Positions 1 through 8,729 of a stretch of DNA of 50,005 bases are shown here, one piece after another. Below the pieces are notes generated by a model, which was not told the DNA's origin, did not search any database, and saw only the letters and a list, made by a program, of their open reading frames with translations. The DNA is from a virus (Duplodnaviria; Caudoviricetes), in the IMG/VR virus record IMGVR_UViG_3300028610_000159, positions 1 to 50,005 of that record. One strand, written 5' to 3'. A program made the position numbers and the translations under genes. Within the stretch, counting starts at the first letter, position 1, and each line of letters begins with the position of its first letter.

Positions 1-136
1 GCAGACTATCGCTGAGATTTGTGCTTTGATGAAACCTGATCCGGGCTTAATGGTTGACCCCGTTTTGGCTGCGAAGGTTTTTTATGCCAATAGAAAAGAA
101 TATCCCCCTTCTGACTGCGATAAGTTGAAGGCGGCA
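1..136. repeat. Terminal direct repeat, left copy (circular assembly overlap)
   Basis: gcagactatc...gaaggcggca is identical to 49870-50005. Confidence 0.97.
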
Positions 137-355
137 ACATGGCTCTGGAAACTAAATCCAAGCATCTATAAAGAGGACAACAGGGACGCCCTCGACAAGC
201 AATTAGGGCTCCCCGGTGATGAGGACAGCCAACCCGATCACGTTGAATGCCGATATGTTTGTGTAATTTGTGACAATGAATTCGACGCCCTCAACAAAGA
301 CGGTAATTGTCCGAATTGCACAGGTAGTGATGTTACTGACAGGAGACCGGAGTAA
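1..355 (+). CDS. erf: C-terminal part of ERF with Zn-ribbon (CVIC...CPNC)
   Basis: Same frame as 49295 after circularisation; stop overlaps the next ATG (TAATG). Confidence 0.82.
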   Translation, partial: QTIAEICALMKPDPGLMVDPVLAAKVFYANRKEYPPSDCDKLKAATWLWKLNPSIYKEDNRDALDKQLGLPGDEDSQPDHVECRYVCVICDNEFDALNKDGNCPNCTGSDVTDRRPE

Positions 356-771
356 TGCCAACATATCGCTGTAAAATGGTAAATGGACAACCGGCCTTTG
401 GTGTCAAGATGTCCGAAATACTCGGACAACTGGAACAGGGTGGGGGACTGAAAGTTCTAACCCCTGTGGAATATATTACAGATCAACAGAGAAAATGGTA
501 TAAAGGCATCTGTTTGCCGTGGCTGATGAAACACGACGAGAACCAGGAGAGCCGCGAATGGTGGGATATGGAAGTCAAGAGTTTATGTAATGGTTTAGGC
601 TTACTCAAAAAAGAGATATTCTTCTTGGGTTACGGTAACTCTGTTGGGCGACTGACAACTAAAGGCGTCGGCGTAAAAAACATGACTCAATTCATCGAGG
701 AGATATTAGCAATGTCAGTAACAAAGAATTGGGGAATATCCCCGCCAGACAAAGAATTAAGGAAAAAATAA
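355..771 (+). CDS. NinB/Orf-like recombination accessory protein
   Basis: TDQQRKWY...TTKG...MTQFIEEI...GISPPD pattern; lies between erf and ssb. Confidence 0.6.
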   Translation: MPTYRCKMVNGQPAFGVKMSEILGQLEQGGGLKVLTPVEYITDQQRKWYKGICLPWLMKHDENQESREWWDMEVKSLCNGLGLLKKEIFFLGYGNSVGRLTTKGVGVKNMTQFIEEILAMSVTKNWGISPPDKELRKK

Positions 772-1160
772 TGTCATCATACAACCGAGTAATTTTACTA
801 GGCAATCTAACCCGCGACCCCGAACTTAGATACTTGCCGAACAGCCAGACGGCAGTTGTGGATATAGGACTTGCAACTACCCGTAAGTGGCAAGGACAAG
901 ACAAGCAACAGCATGAAGAAACTTGTTTTGTGGATTGCACTATCTTCGGCAAACGCGCTGAGGTAGTCAATAAGCACTTCCAGAAAGGTAATCCGATATT
1001 CATTGAGGGCTATCTGAAATTTGAAAGCTGGCAGGCTCAGGACGGATCAAAGCGTAGCAAGCTGTTGAGTTCGTCGGAGGACAGAAACAACAAGAAGATA
1101 GTGGGCAACAGCATTATGGCGGTGGGCAAGGCGAGGCTCCCGGGAAGTGAACCCTTTTAA
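771..1160 (+). CDS. ssb: Single-stranded DNA-binding protein
   Basis: YNRVILLGNLTRDPELRY...KGNPIFIEG...W; C-terminal PF. Confidence 0.95.
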   Translation: MSSYNRVILLGNLTRDPELRYLPNSQTAVVDIGLATTRKWQGQDKQQHEETCFVDCTIFGKRAEVVNKHFQKGNPIFIEGYLKFESWQAQDGSKRSKLLSSSEDRNNKKIVGNSIMAVGKARLPGSEPF

Positions 1161-1211
1161 CCGAATGGACAATTTCGCCTGTGGTATACCCCCAGCGGAA
1201 ACGGTAGAGAT

Positions 1212-1880
1212 ATGAGAGAACATCCAAAACTATTAACCGGCGAAATGGTAAGGGCTGTACTTGAAGACCGGAAGACGCAGACAAGGGAGATTAACAAAAC
1301 AATACCAGAAGGCTGCGAAATGTGTCCGGTTTCAGTTGCGTTAGATGTAGCTTCGCCCAGTGGCTATTCATGGTTTTCCGATATGTACGGGACGCATCAC
1401 ATAAAACCCAAATACCAAATCGGCGACTTGCTTTATGTGCGGGAAAAGTTTAGCATAAGCACTGAATCACATGGCTCGGATGGACACTATAATATGACTT
1501 ATGCTGCCGATGGTTATGTTGACGAGATTGACTACAGCGAGATTGATATGGGGCGATTAAAGCCGGGGAAAACATATCCTTGCATCCACATGCCGAAATG
1601 GGCATCCCGCCTCTGGCTTGAAATAACAGATGTACGGATTGAACAGTTGCAAAAAATAAGCGAGGAAGACACTTTGCTTGAGGGGATAAGAAGAGTTTGG
1701 GACGGGCATAAATGGTGGTATAGAAATTACGACGAATCAGCAAAGGGCGATTTTACGGGATATGATGGTCAGCGAGAATCATTTCGCACTCTCTGGGACT
1801 CGCTATACAAACAACGTAATAACGGCTGGGATATAAACCCGTGGGTTTGGAGACTTGAATTTAAAAAGGTGAAAAAATGA
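1212..1880 (+). CDS. ASCH/PUA-like phage protein
   Basis: MVRAVLEDRKTQTR...IHMPKWASR..LEITDVRIEQLQ...NPWVW. Confidence 0.8.
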   Translation: MREHPKLLTGEMVRAVLEDRKTQTREINKTIPEGCEMCPVSVALDVASPSGYSWFSDMYGTHHIKPKYQIGDLLYVREKFSISTESHGSDGHYNMTYAADGYVDEIDYSEIDMGRLKPGKTYPCIHMPKWASRLWLEITDVRIEQLQKISEEDTLLEGIRRVWDGHKWWYRNYDESAKGDFTGYDGQRESFRTLWDSLYKQRNNGWDINPWVWRLEFKKVKK

Positions 1881-2150
1881 CAATGGACGAAATCAAAACA
1901 GCACGTAAAAAGACAAGTTGCAGAAGGATCGCCCCCGAAGCATGGAGGCTGGCAGCATGGAGGCTACTCAAGGATGTTCTTACGGATGATAGGTGACGGA
2001 TCGCTGTGAGCACGGAGGCTCTTTTATTTAGGATAATGTGCCGGGTAAAAGCATGTTTCCATAGGCTTCCGACTTGTACCTCTTATGGTGTTGACGCGCT
2101 GTTCGAGTCTATCGGGCCCGGCACCTATTAACTTTTAATTTGGAGATATT

Positions 2151-2372
2151 ATGAAATTCAACGCAAGGGCATTTACGCATATTACATTTGATTTTGAGAT
2201 TGAAGCGGAGTCAGAACAAGAGGTTGAGGAAATGGTTACCCAGCATTTGAAATACGTTGCGGGTGGTAAACTTGACGATCAAAAAATAACCATCAATACA
2301 GACGACTCCACAGAACTAACGAATATATTTGTCATGGAAGTCGAGATCGAGGATGTGTACGAATTAGACTAA
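2151..2372 (+). CDS. Hypothetical protein
   Basis: GGAG RBS; acidic 73 aa ORF. Confidence 0.65.
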   Translation: MKFNARAFTHITFDFEIEAESEQEVEEMVTQHLKYVAGGKLDDQKITINTDDSTELTNIFVMEVEIEDVYELD

Positions 2373-2386
2373 GTTTCTCCCCTCCA

Positions 2387-2432
2387 GCCGGGCGGAGATA
2401 CATGACTGGGTTTCCGTCCGGCATTTATTTTT
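2387..2432 (+). terminator. GC-rich hairpin followed by a T-rich tract
   Basis: gccgggcggaga/tttccgtccggc then atttattttt. Confidence 0.6.
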
Positions 2433-2442
2433 AAAAAAGAAT

Positions 2443-2554
2443 TTGACTTCTTCCAGAAAAGTAGTATATTGTAATATATGAAGACTGAGACTATGAAATA
2501 TAAACCCCGAACCCGGAGCAATTCCTCTCAGTCTTCTTTCAGGTAAGGGGTTTT
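2443..2554 (+). promoter_or_regulatory. Sigma70-like promoter plus leader attenuator-like element 1
   Basis: TTGACT-16-TATATT; ATG 2478; gaagactgaga (2480-90) is complementary to tctcagtcttc (2526-36) inside the aaacccc/ggggttt hairpin. Confidence 0.65.
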
Positions 2555-2574
2555 CTAATTAAAGGAGTAGTATT

Positions 2575-2844
2575 GTGGAGCAAAGTGAGCCAATGAAAGA
2601 CTCGGAACTTGACAGATATTGTTCTCAAGTGGAAACAGAAATGTCATCACTAAATCACGCAATCAAGAAGCTTATAGGTGGTTTGGAGAAATTCAGAGTG
2701 CCGGGCACTAAAATCGAAGAAAAGCCCACACTCGACACCCAGCATCAGATGTCTTCCCATGCTAGCCAGCTATGCCGATGGGCTGACGGAGCCAAAGAGA
2801 TGCGTGAGTCACTTGAATGTTTGATGAATGAACTGGAAATATAA
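2575..2844 (+). CDS. Hypothetical protein
   Basis: AAGGAG RBS; GTG start. Confidence 0.6.
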   Translation: MEQSEPMKDSELDRYCSQVETEMSSLNHAIKKLIGGLEKFRVPGTKIEEKPTLDTQHQMSSHASQLCRWADGAKEMRESLECLMNELEI

Positions 2845-2960
2845 ACCAGTACCCCACCGAGAGTACGGCCTGGACGGCTGGTTTCGCGAAGTCCCCCGGT
2901 GATTTACAAGTCAATAATGAGAGCGGCGGCGTGTGATGTCGCCCCAACAGGAGTAATAGA

Positions 2961-3422
2961 ATGAGTAGGCCAATAAAATTCCGGGGCAAAGTGCTTGAGG
3001 GTATGTTGTCTGTAGATAAATATGTAAACTCATGGATTTACGGCGATTTGTCACATCTGGGCGACGATTTCTGTATTTCGTCGATAGACAGTGAGGAGCA
3101 GATAGAAAATCCTGAGTTAATAATCCCCACAATGCAAGTCGATCCTGCCACCGTAGGGCAATTCACCGGCCTATCCGATAAGAACGGGAAAGAGATATAC
3201 GAGGGGGATCGGTTGAAATGCAAGTGTAAGAAACGGCCTCTCGCAATGCCTCCTAGGGGCAAGCAGAAGTATGTTTACAAAGAAGCTTTAGTTGAATGGT
3301 GGAGTTCTTCTTGCGCACATGGGTATAGGTTAAAGTTCAAACATGGAACAATGATGGCCAAGCAGGGTGGATTGAACACGATGGAAGTTGAAGTAATCGG
3401 CAATATCCACGAGGATAAATAA
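2961..3422 (+). CDS. YopX-family protein
   Basis: RPIKFRGK...TVGQFTGLSDKNGKEIYEGD...EVIGNIHE. Confidence 0.92.
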   Translation: MSRPIKFRGKVLEGMLSVDKYVNSWIYGDLSHLGDDFCISSIDSEEQIENPELIIPTMQVDPATVGQFTGLSDKNGKEIYEGDRLKCKCKKRPLAMPPRGKQKYVYKEALVEWWSSSCAHGYRLKFKHGTMMAKQGGLNTMEVEVIGNIHEDK

Positions 3423-3462
3423 AAGAGGCGATTACATTTAGCCCCGAACTGATAGGAGAATA

Positions 3463-3660
3463 ATGATAACCCCACAACAGAAAATATCCAGTCTCTTGAA
3501 GAAGCTCGACGCCATCACCTTAGAGTGCTCTGAGAGGGGCAAGGAGCTAACCAGAATCAACGTTCTCGTAGAAAAGGCCCCAATGCCGGACGAGACTAGA
3601 GAATCGCTTAGAGAGCCGCTGGAGAGCTATGTGAAGCGGTGCGGGAAAGGAAAATTATGA
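3463..3660 (+). CDS. Hypothetical protein
   Basis: AGGAG RBS; coupled to the next gene. Confidence 0.55.
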   Translation: MITPQQKISSLLKKLDAITLECSERGKELTRINVLVEKAPMPDETRESLREPLESYVKRCGKGKL

Positions 3661-3923
3661 AATCTTATTCAGAAGTTATCAAAGCAATTAAGAAATGGAC
3701 TAGGCACAATAGAGTAAAAAAGTATCTCTTTGTGGCGGAGCTTGCAAGGGGACGCATGGGAACCGATAATGACGACGATCTCTACTGTGTCAACGAGGCT
3801 GCTTTCGACGCCTTTTTCGACATAACCGCCTTACGTAATGCTTTCAGACGTGCAAAATCGAGGTATAACCAACACGATGCTTATGTAGAGGATTTATTTG
3901 ACGGGGATGGAGAAAGAATGTAA
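3657..3923 (+). CDS. Hypothetical protein
   Basis: ATGA overlap with the previous stop. Confidence 0.55.
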   Translation: MKSYSEVIKAIKKWTRHNRVKKYLFVAELARGRMGTDNDDDLYCVNEAAFDAFFDITALRNAFRRAKSRYNQHDAYVEDLFDGDGERM

Positions 3924-3945
3924 CCCCAACCAAGAAAGAATAAGA

Positions 3946-4434
3946 ATGGCTAAGAAACGAAAGAAGAAGCCACACACGCCCAGAAGCAGAGTAAAGGCAT
4001 TTCTGCGCAGGTTAAGCTTGCATTCAAGAGAACGTGCAGCAGTTATGAAAAAGGCAGGGTACAGATGTCTTGATTGCGATGCCAAGCAAAGCAAGGCCAG
4101 AGGCAAAGAAGTTAAAGTAGAGGCTCACCACAATCCTCCGATTGACTGGGATGGGATTGTAGACTTGATATTTGAACGAATACTGGATGCACCACAAGAA
4201 ATTTTATGTGAGGCTTGTCACCGCAAAGCCCACGAAAATAAGAAACTTCTAACAAAAGAAATAGTAGAGACTTACCGCAACCCCGACAAGCGGTGCGTCT
4301 ATCCGTTTGAGCCGAATCCGGTGGGTTATTGCTGGGCGTATGCTCACCACGTTGACGGAACAGAACGATTTGAGGATATGGGCAAGATATGTCCAAGCTG
4401 TGAATATTGGAAAGAAAATGAAGCGACATGTTAA
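3946..4434 (+). CDS. HNH endonuclease-like protein
   Basis: YRCLDC...VEAHH...ILCEACHRKAH. Confidence 0.75.
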   Translation: MAKKRKKKPHTPRSRVKAFLRRLSLHSRERAAVMKKAGYRCLDCDAKQSKARGKEVKVEAHHNPPIDWDGIVDLIFERILDAPQEILCEACHRKAHENKKLLTKEIVETYRNPDKRCVYPFEPNPVGYCWAYAHHVDGTERFEDMGKICPSCEYWKENEATC

Positions 4435-4669
4435 AATCTATCTCGACTTCCACGGCTATACAATAGCAGACATAATAATCTGCGAAATGCCTGAGTGCGG
4501 TGCCGTAGCCGTAGACATACACCATATCGATCCGCGTGGCATGGGTGGTAATCCTGATAAGGATGTAATCGAGAATCTTGTAGGCTTATGCCGTGACTGC
4601 CATGATAAAGCCGAAGCTGGAATAATTACGAAAGATGAATTGAAGCAGCTAACCCACAGCAGGAGATAA
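4418..4669 (+). CDS. Small HNH endonuclease
   Basis: CEMPEC...DIHHIDPRGMGG...NLVGLCRDCH. Confidence 0.85.
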   Translation: MKRHVKIYLDFHGYTIADIIICEMPECGAVAVDIHHIDPRGMGGNPDKDVIENLVGLCRDCHDKAEAGIITKDELKQLTHSRR

Positions 4670-4673
4670 AGAC

Positions 4674-4844
4674 ATGAAAGCAGTTTATAAATGCCCGAAG
4701 TGTGGTACATTTACTGGCAAAACAGGCGTTTATTATGCAGGAACCTACGCCCACAAGTGCCCGCATTGTAAACAAAAGGTTCAATTACATGTTACCGGGA
4801 GTAGTCACTGGACGATTAGTTCGACAACTGCAACGTGTAAGTAG
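4674..4844 (+). CDS. Small Zn-ribbon protein (56 aa, not in ORF track)
   Basis: MKAVYKCPKCG...HKCPHCK; GGAG RBS. Confidence 0.6.
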   Translation: MKAVYKCPKCGTFTGKTGVYYAGTYAHKCPHCKQKVQLHVTGSSHWTISSTTATCK

Positions 4845-5293
4845 CCCCCGGATAAATGAAAATAATTTCAAGAAAGCAAGGAGATGAAATACACAGATGA
4901 ACAGATCGAAAGGCTCATATTCCACTGTAAATGGATGTTAGCTGAAATGGATTACCGTAACACCCAAACAGGTATAGATTCGTCGGATTCGCCAGAGGTT
5001 GCGGAGTTGAGAGAATTGTTAGCGGTGTTGAATGAACCAATTATATAAACAACTACTCCAAAGAAAGAAAACGCCCAAAGCAATGTTCCTGTTGGCAAGG
5101 CTATTCGGCAAGAAAGCCCAATTTACGGACTCAGGCTATCAATTAACTGTTTATTACTTCCGTGAACAAATATTTGTGGCTAAATTTGAGAAAAGATTTG
5201 ACAAATGAATCTCATAGGGTAAACTATAATTTTACATAGCACTTTTGATAATAGATTCGGAGGTGTAATATGAAGCCAATGTAAAGAAGAATA

Positions 5294-5385
5294 ATGAATA
5301 AAAGCGTACTGAGACAAGTGAAAAAGTTCAACAAAGCCCGAAACGGGGAGTTCCTAGTACGCTCTCCCCATGCTGGGCTTTTTTT
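5294..5385 (+). promoter_or_regulatory. Leader attenuator-like element 2
   Basis: ATG 5294; agcgtact (5303-10) is complementary to agtacgct (5356-63) in the loop of aaagcccg..ggggag/ctcccc..tgggcttt plus T-tract; TTGACA at 5198. Confidence 0.6.
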
Positions 5386-5401
5386 ATGTCTGGAGTGAAT
5401 T

Positions 5402-5725
5402 ATGAATGATAGAGAAAAATTGATTAAGAAATTCGCTGGAGCAATAAACGAAATGAGCAGGGAGGAAGATTCTAATACGCCAGATTTCCTTTTGGCGGAG
5501 TATTTAGTATTTTGCTTGGAAGCTTTTGAGTTGGCAAGCAATAAAAGAGAGGTATGGTTCGGTGTCCACCTTGACATCTTGAACGACTGGCCGGAATTGA
5601 TTATGACTGCTATTGGTGAAGCCTCTATGTGTTGGAGCGAGACGCCCAAGGGGACTTTTGATAGTACAAGAGCACAAAAAATAGGAATAAAACTTCTCGA
5701 AGACATCAAGTCTCAGCCAAAATAA
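5402..5725 (+). CDS. Hypothetical phage protein
   Basis: SREEDSNTPDFLLAEYL motif; GGAG RBS. Confidence 0.7.
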   Translation: MNDREKLIKKFAGAINEMSREEDSNTPDFLLAEYLVFCLEAFELASNKREVWFGVHLDILNDWPELIMTAIGEASMCWSETPKGTFDSTRAQKIGIKLLEDIKSQPK

Positions 5726-5806
5726 AACAAATATCCCATTTATAATATATCAAGCCTTCACCATGCGTAGGAAACCCGGTATGTTTAAAATTAAGGAAAA
5801 GGAAAA

Positions 5807-6016
5807 ATGATAGCAAAAATGTACTTACATAGTTGCAAAGAAGACAACTACGGCTTAGCTGAGGAACTGAATTTGCCGGAAAACATCCACCAAGAATTTA
5901 GCTATGCTTTATACGAAGTTGAGTTCGATGTTGAAATTGACGAAAAAACAGGAGATTGCGTAATCTGGAAGGTAAATGGAAGAGCCGTAGCCCCGAACAA
6001 ACCCATAACCCCATGA
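5807..6016 (+). CDS. Hypothetical protein
   Basis: AAGG RBS. Confidence 0.6.
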   Translation: MIAKMYLHSCKEDNYGLAEELNLPENIHQEFSYALYEVEFDVEIDEKTGDCVIWKVNGRAVAPNKPITP

Positions 6017-6026
6017 ACCACCTATT

Positions 6027-6128
6027 AAAACCGAGGGCAAGTAGCACAAATTCCGGTTCGGCTGGAAGAATGAAGATACTCTGACATTCACGCTATTCAA
6101 CATCCTGACAGATAGCCCTCGGTTTTTT
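6027..6128 (+). ncRNA. Candidate multibranched structured RNA
   Basis: 12-bp closing stem aaaaccgagggc/gccctcggtttt with inner stems gtagc/gctat, ttccgg/ctggaa and gaatg/cattc. Confidence 0.45.
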
Positions 6129-6156
6129 AAATATTAACCAATACAAGGAGATTATT

Positions 6157-6504
6157 ATGAGACTAACAGTTCCGACTTCAAATATTAACTGGGTTGAATG
6201 GGCTGGCGGTGTACTTTTTATGGAGTTTGATACCGATAAATGCGTTAGATATGAGGATGTCCCGGAGGGGTATGCTCTCGCAATGGTTCAAGCTCCATCA
6301 GCAGGCTCCTTTTTTAACCGGTATATCAAGGGCCAGTACCGATATACTGTGATAGATGCCCCACCTGAAAAACACGAAAAGCCTGACGAACTAACTCGGC
6401 TACAACATGAATATGACAGCACACGAGGCTTGTGGTGCGTTGACAAAAACCCCGCAGACGTAACTCTGGAGTGGATTCGAGAAAACGCCTTTCAATTGAC
6501 ATAA
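6157..6504 (+). CDS. KTSC-domain protein
   Basis: SNINWVEW...LFMEF...RYEDVP...APSAGSFFNRYIKGQY. Confidence 0.85.
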   Translation: MRLTVPTSNINWVEWAGGVLFMEFDTDKCVRYEDVPEGYALAMVQAPSAGSFFNRYIKGQYRYTVIDAPPEKHEKPDELTRLQHEYDSTRGLWCVDKNPADVTLEWIRENAFQLT

Positions 6505-6519
6505 ATAAAAAGTTTTTAA

Positions 6520-6661
6520 TTGTAATTATCTTGAGACTGTGGTATAATGCAGGAAATGAACGGTACAAAGCAAATTCAAACAGCATCAACAATACCCTCT
6601 GGAGAAGGTCCCGCATTGCTTTGGTTATGCCGTTCAGCCTTTTTCATTGGGTATTTTTTTT
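6520..6661 (+). promoter_or_regulatory. Extended -10 promoter plus leader attenuator-like element 3, upstream of the replication gene
   Basis: TTGTAA-17-TATAAT with TG; ATG 6556; 6557-73 is complementary to 6616-36 in the loop of aataccc..ggagaagg/cctttttc..gggtatt plus T-tract. Confidence 0.7.
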
Positions 6662-6670
6662 GGTTTGACT

Positions 6671-7429
6671 ATGGGAAACAGTCCTGCATTTCAATATTAT
6701 CCCGCAGACATGGCAACTGACCCGATTGTTCAGTTCTGGACGATGGAGCAACTAGGATGCTATCATGCGATGATTGATTTTTTGTGGCAAAATTGTGGGA
6801 AAATTGACGGAAATTCCAGCGATTTTCCAGCGAAACTCCGGCGAATTTTCAGAGTTTCTCACGCAAAAAGGGCGCAAAAATTGTGGGAAAACATCATAGA
6901 AAAGTTTGAAATAAAAGATGGAATAATAAGCCATAAGAGAGTTGATAAAGAGATGCAAAAGCAGGTAGAATCAAGACTTAGGAGACAAAGGGCCGGGGAA
7001 AAAGGTGCGGAGAAACGTTGGAAAAAAGATATTGAGGGTGATAGCAATGCCATTTTTTCGGGTATGGCATTGGATAGCTCTTCAACTCCAACTACATCTT
7101 CTTCTTCAACTCCAACCCCAAAGGAAGATATTGAATTGAGTTGTAACAACAAGGGAAATTCTTCTGATTCGTTGGTTTTGGGTTTGAGAATAAAAGAGTT
7201 GTTGGAGGAATCTTTCAAACCATTTAACGCCCGTGAGCAATCAACATTCACAAACATTTCTGCGCACCTTGCCGGATACGCAGCGGGTAAATCCCCGATG
7301 GCGTTCATGGGGAAATTACAGGGGTGGGTGAAATCTTCCAAATTGCCGACAATCAAGAAACCAAAGGCTATGTTTGTCGATATAGTTAAAAAAGAAACAG
7401 GCTTTAAGAAACAGGATAAGATATTATAA
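6671..7429 (+). CDS. Phage replication initiator, DUF1376/YdaU-like
   Basis: PAFQYYPADM...EQLGCY..IDFLW...SHKRVDKE...AGEKGAEKRW; S/T/P linker. Confidence 0.8.
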   Translation: MGNSPAFQYYPADMATDPIVQFWTMEQLGCYHAMIDFLWQNCGKIDGNSSDFPAKLRRIFRVSHAKRAQKLWENIIEKFEIKDGIISHKRVDKEMQKQVESRLRRQRAGEKGAEKRWKKDIEGDSNAIFSGMALDSSSTPTTSSSSTPTPKEDIELSCNNKGNSSDSLVLGLRIKELLEESFKPFNAREQSTFTNISAHLAGYAAGKSPMAFMGKLQGWVKSSKLPTIKKPKAMFVDIVKKETGFKKQDKIL

Positions 7430-7757
7430 AGGAGATTGAAATGCCAATCGCCCACAAACATATTATGTACGGATGCCAGTTTAAATGCGGTAATGACCAT
7501 ACGTTATCTTATGAAGCCACCAAAAATCACGAACTGAGATGTTGGTACAACCCTGATAATAAGACTTGTAAATCATGCAGGTTTGAAGAGTACGGGCTTG
7601 ATAATCAAAGTGTGACTATAACCAGATGGTGTACGGCTCCCAACGGAGAAGATATTATAAAAGCCAAACACGATGAAATTTATGTCGGCAGAAACGTAAA
7701 ACCAGTAGAGCATTGCGAAGCATGGGAACCAATTTAAGAAACAGGATAAGATATTAT
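7403..7757 (+). repeat. 25-bp direct repeat (7403-7427 and 7733-7757) flanking one gene
   Basis: tttaagaaacaggataagatattat occurs twice, 330 bp apart. Confidence 0.9.
7441..7737 (+). CDS. Cys/His-rich hypothetical protein
   Basis: YGCQFKC...HELRCWYNPDNKTCKSC; AAGGAG RBS. Confidence 0.7.
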   Translation: MPIAHKHIMYGCQFKCGNDHTLSYEATKNHELRCWYNPDNKTCKSCRFEEYGLDNQSVTITRWCTAPNGEDIIKAKHDEIYVGRNVKPVEHCEAWEPI

Positions 7758-7772
7758 GACAGACAGGAAAAG

Positions 7773-8729
7773 ATGTGGATAGTACCCAAAACGTTATCTC
7801 ATTTTGTACCGGATACGGCGGGCTCGACATTGGACTCAAAAGAGTTTGGCCTGATTGCCGAACAATCGCTTATGTGGAGATCGAAGCGTTCGCGATCACG
7901 AACCTGGTCGCAAAGATGGAACAAGGTAAGCTGGATTCGGCTCCTATCTGGACGGATATTAAAACATTCGATGGACGCCCGTTTCGTGGAAAAGTACACG
8001 GATTCACTGCCGGATATCCCTGTCAGCCTTTTTCAGTCGCGGGGAAGCGAAGAGGAAAAGAAGACCCTCGACACCTTTGGCCGTATCTTGAAGAACACAT
8101 CCGTACAATTAGACCTCTTTGGTGCTGGTTTGAAAACGTCGGAGGGCACCTCACAATTGGATTCGATGAGGTTTTCAAGAGCCTTCGAGATTTGGGTTAC
8201 AAAGTTGAGGCAGGACTGTTTACAGCGTCAGAAGTTGGCGCACCTCACAAGAGAGAACGGTTGTTTATCCTGGCCTACAATGACGACAGCGAATGCAGAA
8301 CACGGGCCGTGCAAAACAGAGTTGATAAACGGCCGATTCAAGAGGGTCAGCGAGATAACAGGCGAAGTTTACGGGTCGAAGTTGCAGGACGTGGTGATCA
8401 ACTGGCAATCCCCCAGAGCCAACGATGCGGAGAAACGGGGTCAGATAGCGGACGATGTTCGGAACGGACTGCCATCGCAAGTGAACTGGCCGACACCACA
8501 AGCCAGCGAATACAAGGGCATGAGCCAAAGGGGAGTAGCCAGCCCGAAAGACAGATTGACCAATTGCGTAATAACAGATGGCCTGCCCGCCCCGGACAAG
8601 AGCAATACGACTGGGAAGAACCGAGGACAGTTGAATCCGGCATGGGTAGAACAATTGATGGGTTTAAATCCAGGGTGGACGAACTTCGACTACTGGGTAA
8701 CGGAGTTGTCCCGGAACAAGCAGAGTTAG
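7773..8729 (+). CDS. Overlapping-frame MTase partner (beta-like: WPTP repeats and motif IX)
   Basis: WPTMTT, WQSPRA, WPTPQA and LNPAWVEQLMGLNPGWT; frame open along nearly the whole MTase gene. Confidence 0.7.
   Translation: MWIVPKTLSHFVPDTAGSTLDSKEFGLIAEQSLMWRSKRSRSRTWSQRWNKVSWIRLLSGRILKHSMDARFVEKYTDSLPDIPVSLFQSRGSEEEKKTLDTFGRILKNTSVQLDLFGAGLKTSEGTSQLDSMRFSRAFEIWVTKLRQDCLQRQKLAHLTRENGCLSWPTMTTANAEHGPCKTELINGRFKRVSEITGEVYGSKLQDVVINWQSPRANDAEKRGQIADDVRNGLPSQVNWPTPQASEYKGMSQRGVASPKDRLTNCVITDGLPAPDKSNTTGKNRGQLNPAWVEQLMGLNPGWTNFDYWVTELSRNKQS

Noticed and set aside
1-136. 136-bp repeat as a physical terminal repeat of the virion DNA
   Set aside because: It falls inside the erf coding sequence and is best explained as assembly overlap of a circular or permuted genome.
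1938-1965. agcatggaggct repeated twice
   Set aside because: Short duplication inside a small ORF; only two copies, so not a CRISPR or iteron array.
2387-2422. Sixth A/anti-A leader element
   Set aside because: The loop has only about 6 nt of upstream complement (gtcatg), and it lies within a gene rather than at a leader start.
7079-7116. tcttcaactccaac twice as replication iterons
   Set aside because: Only two copies, and they encode the S/T/P linker; an origin here is possible but unsupported.
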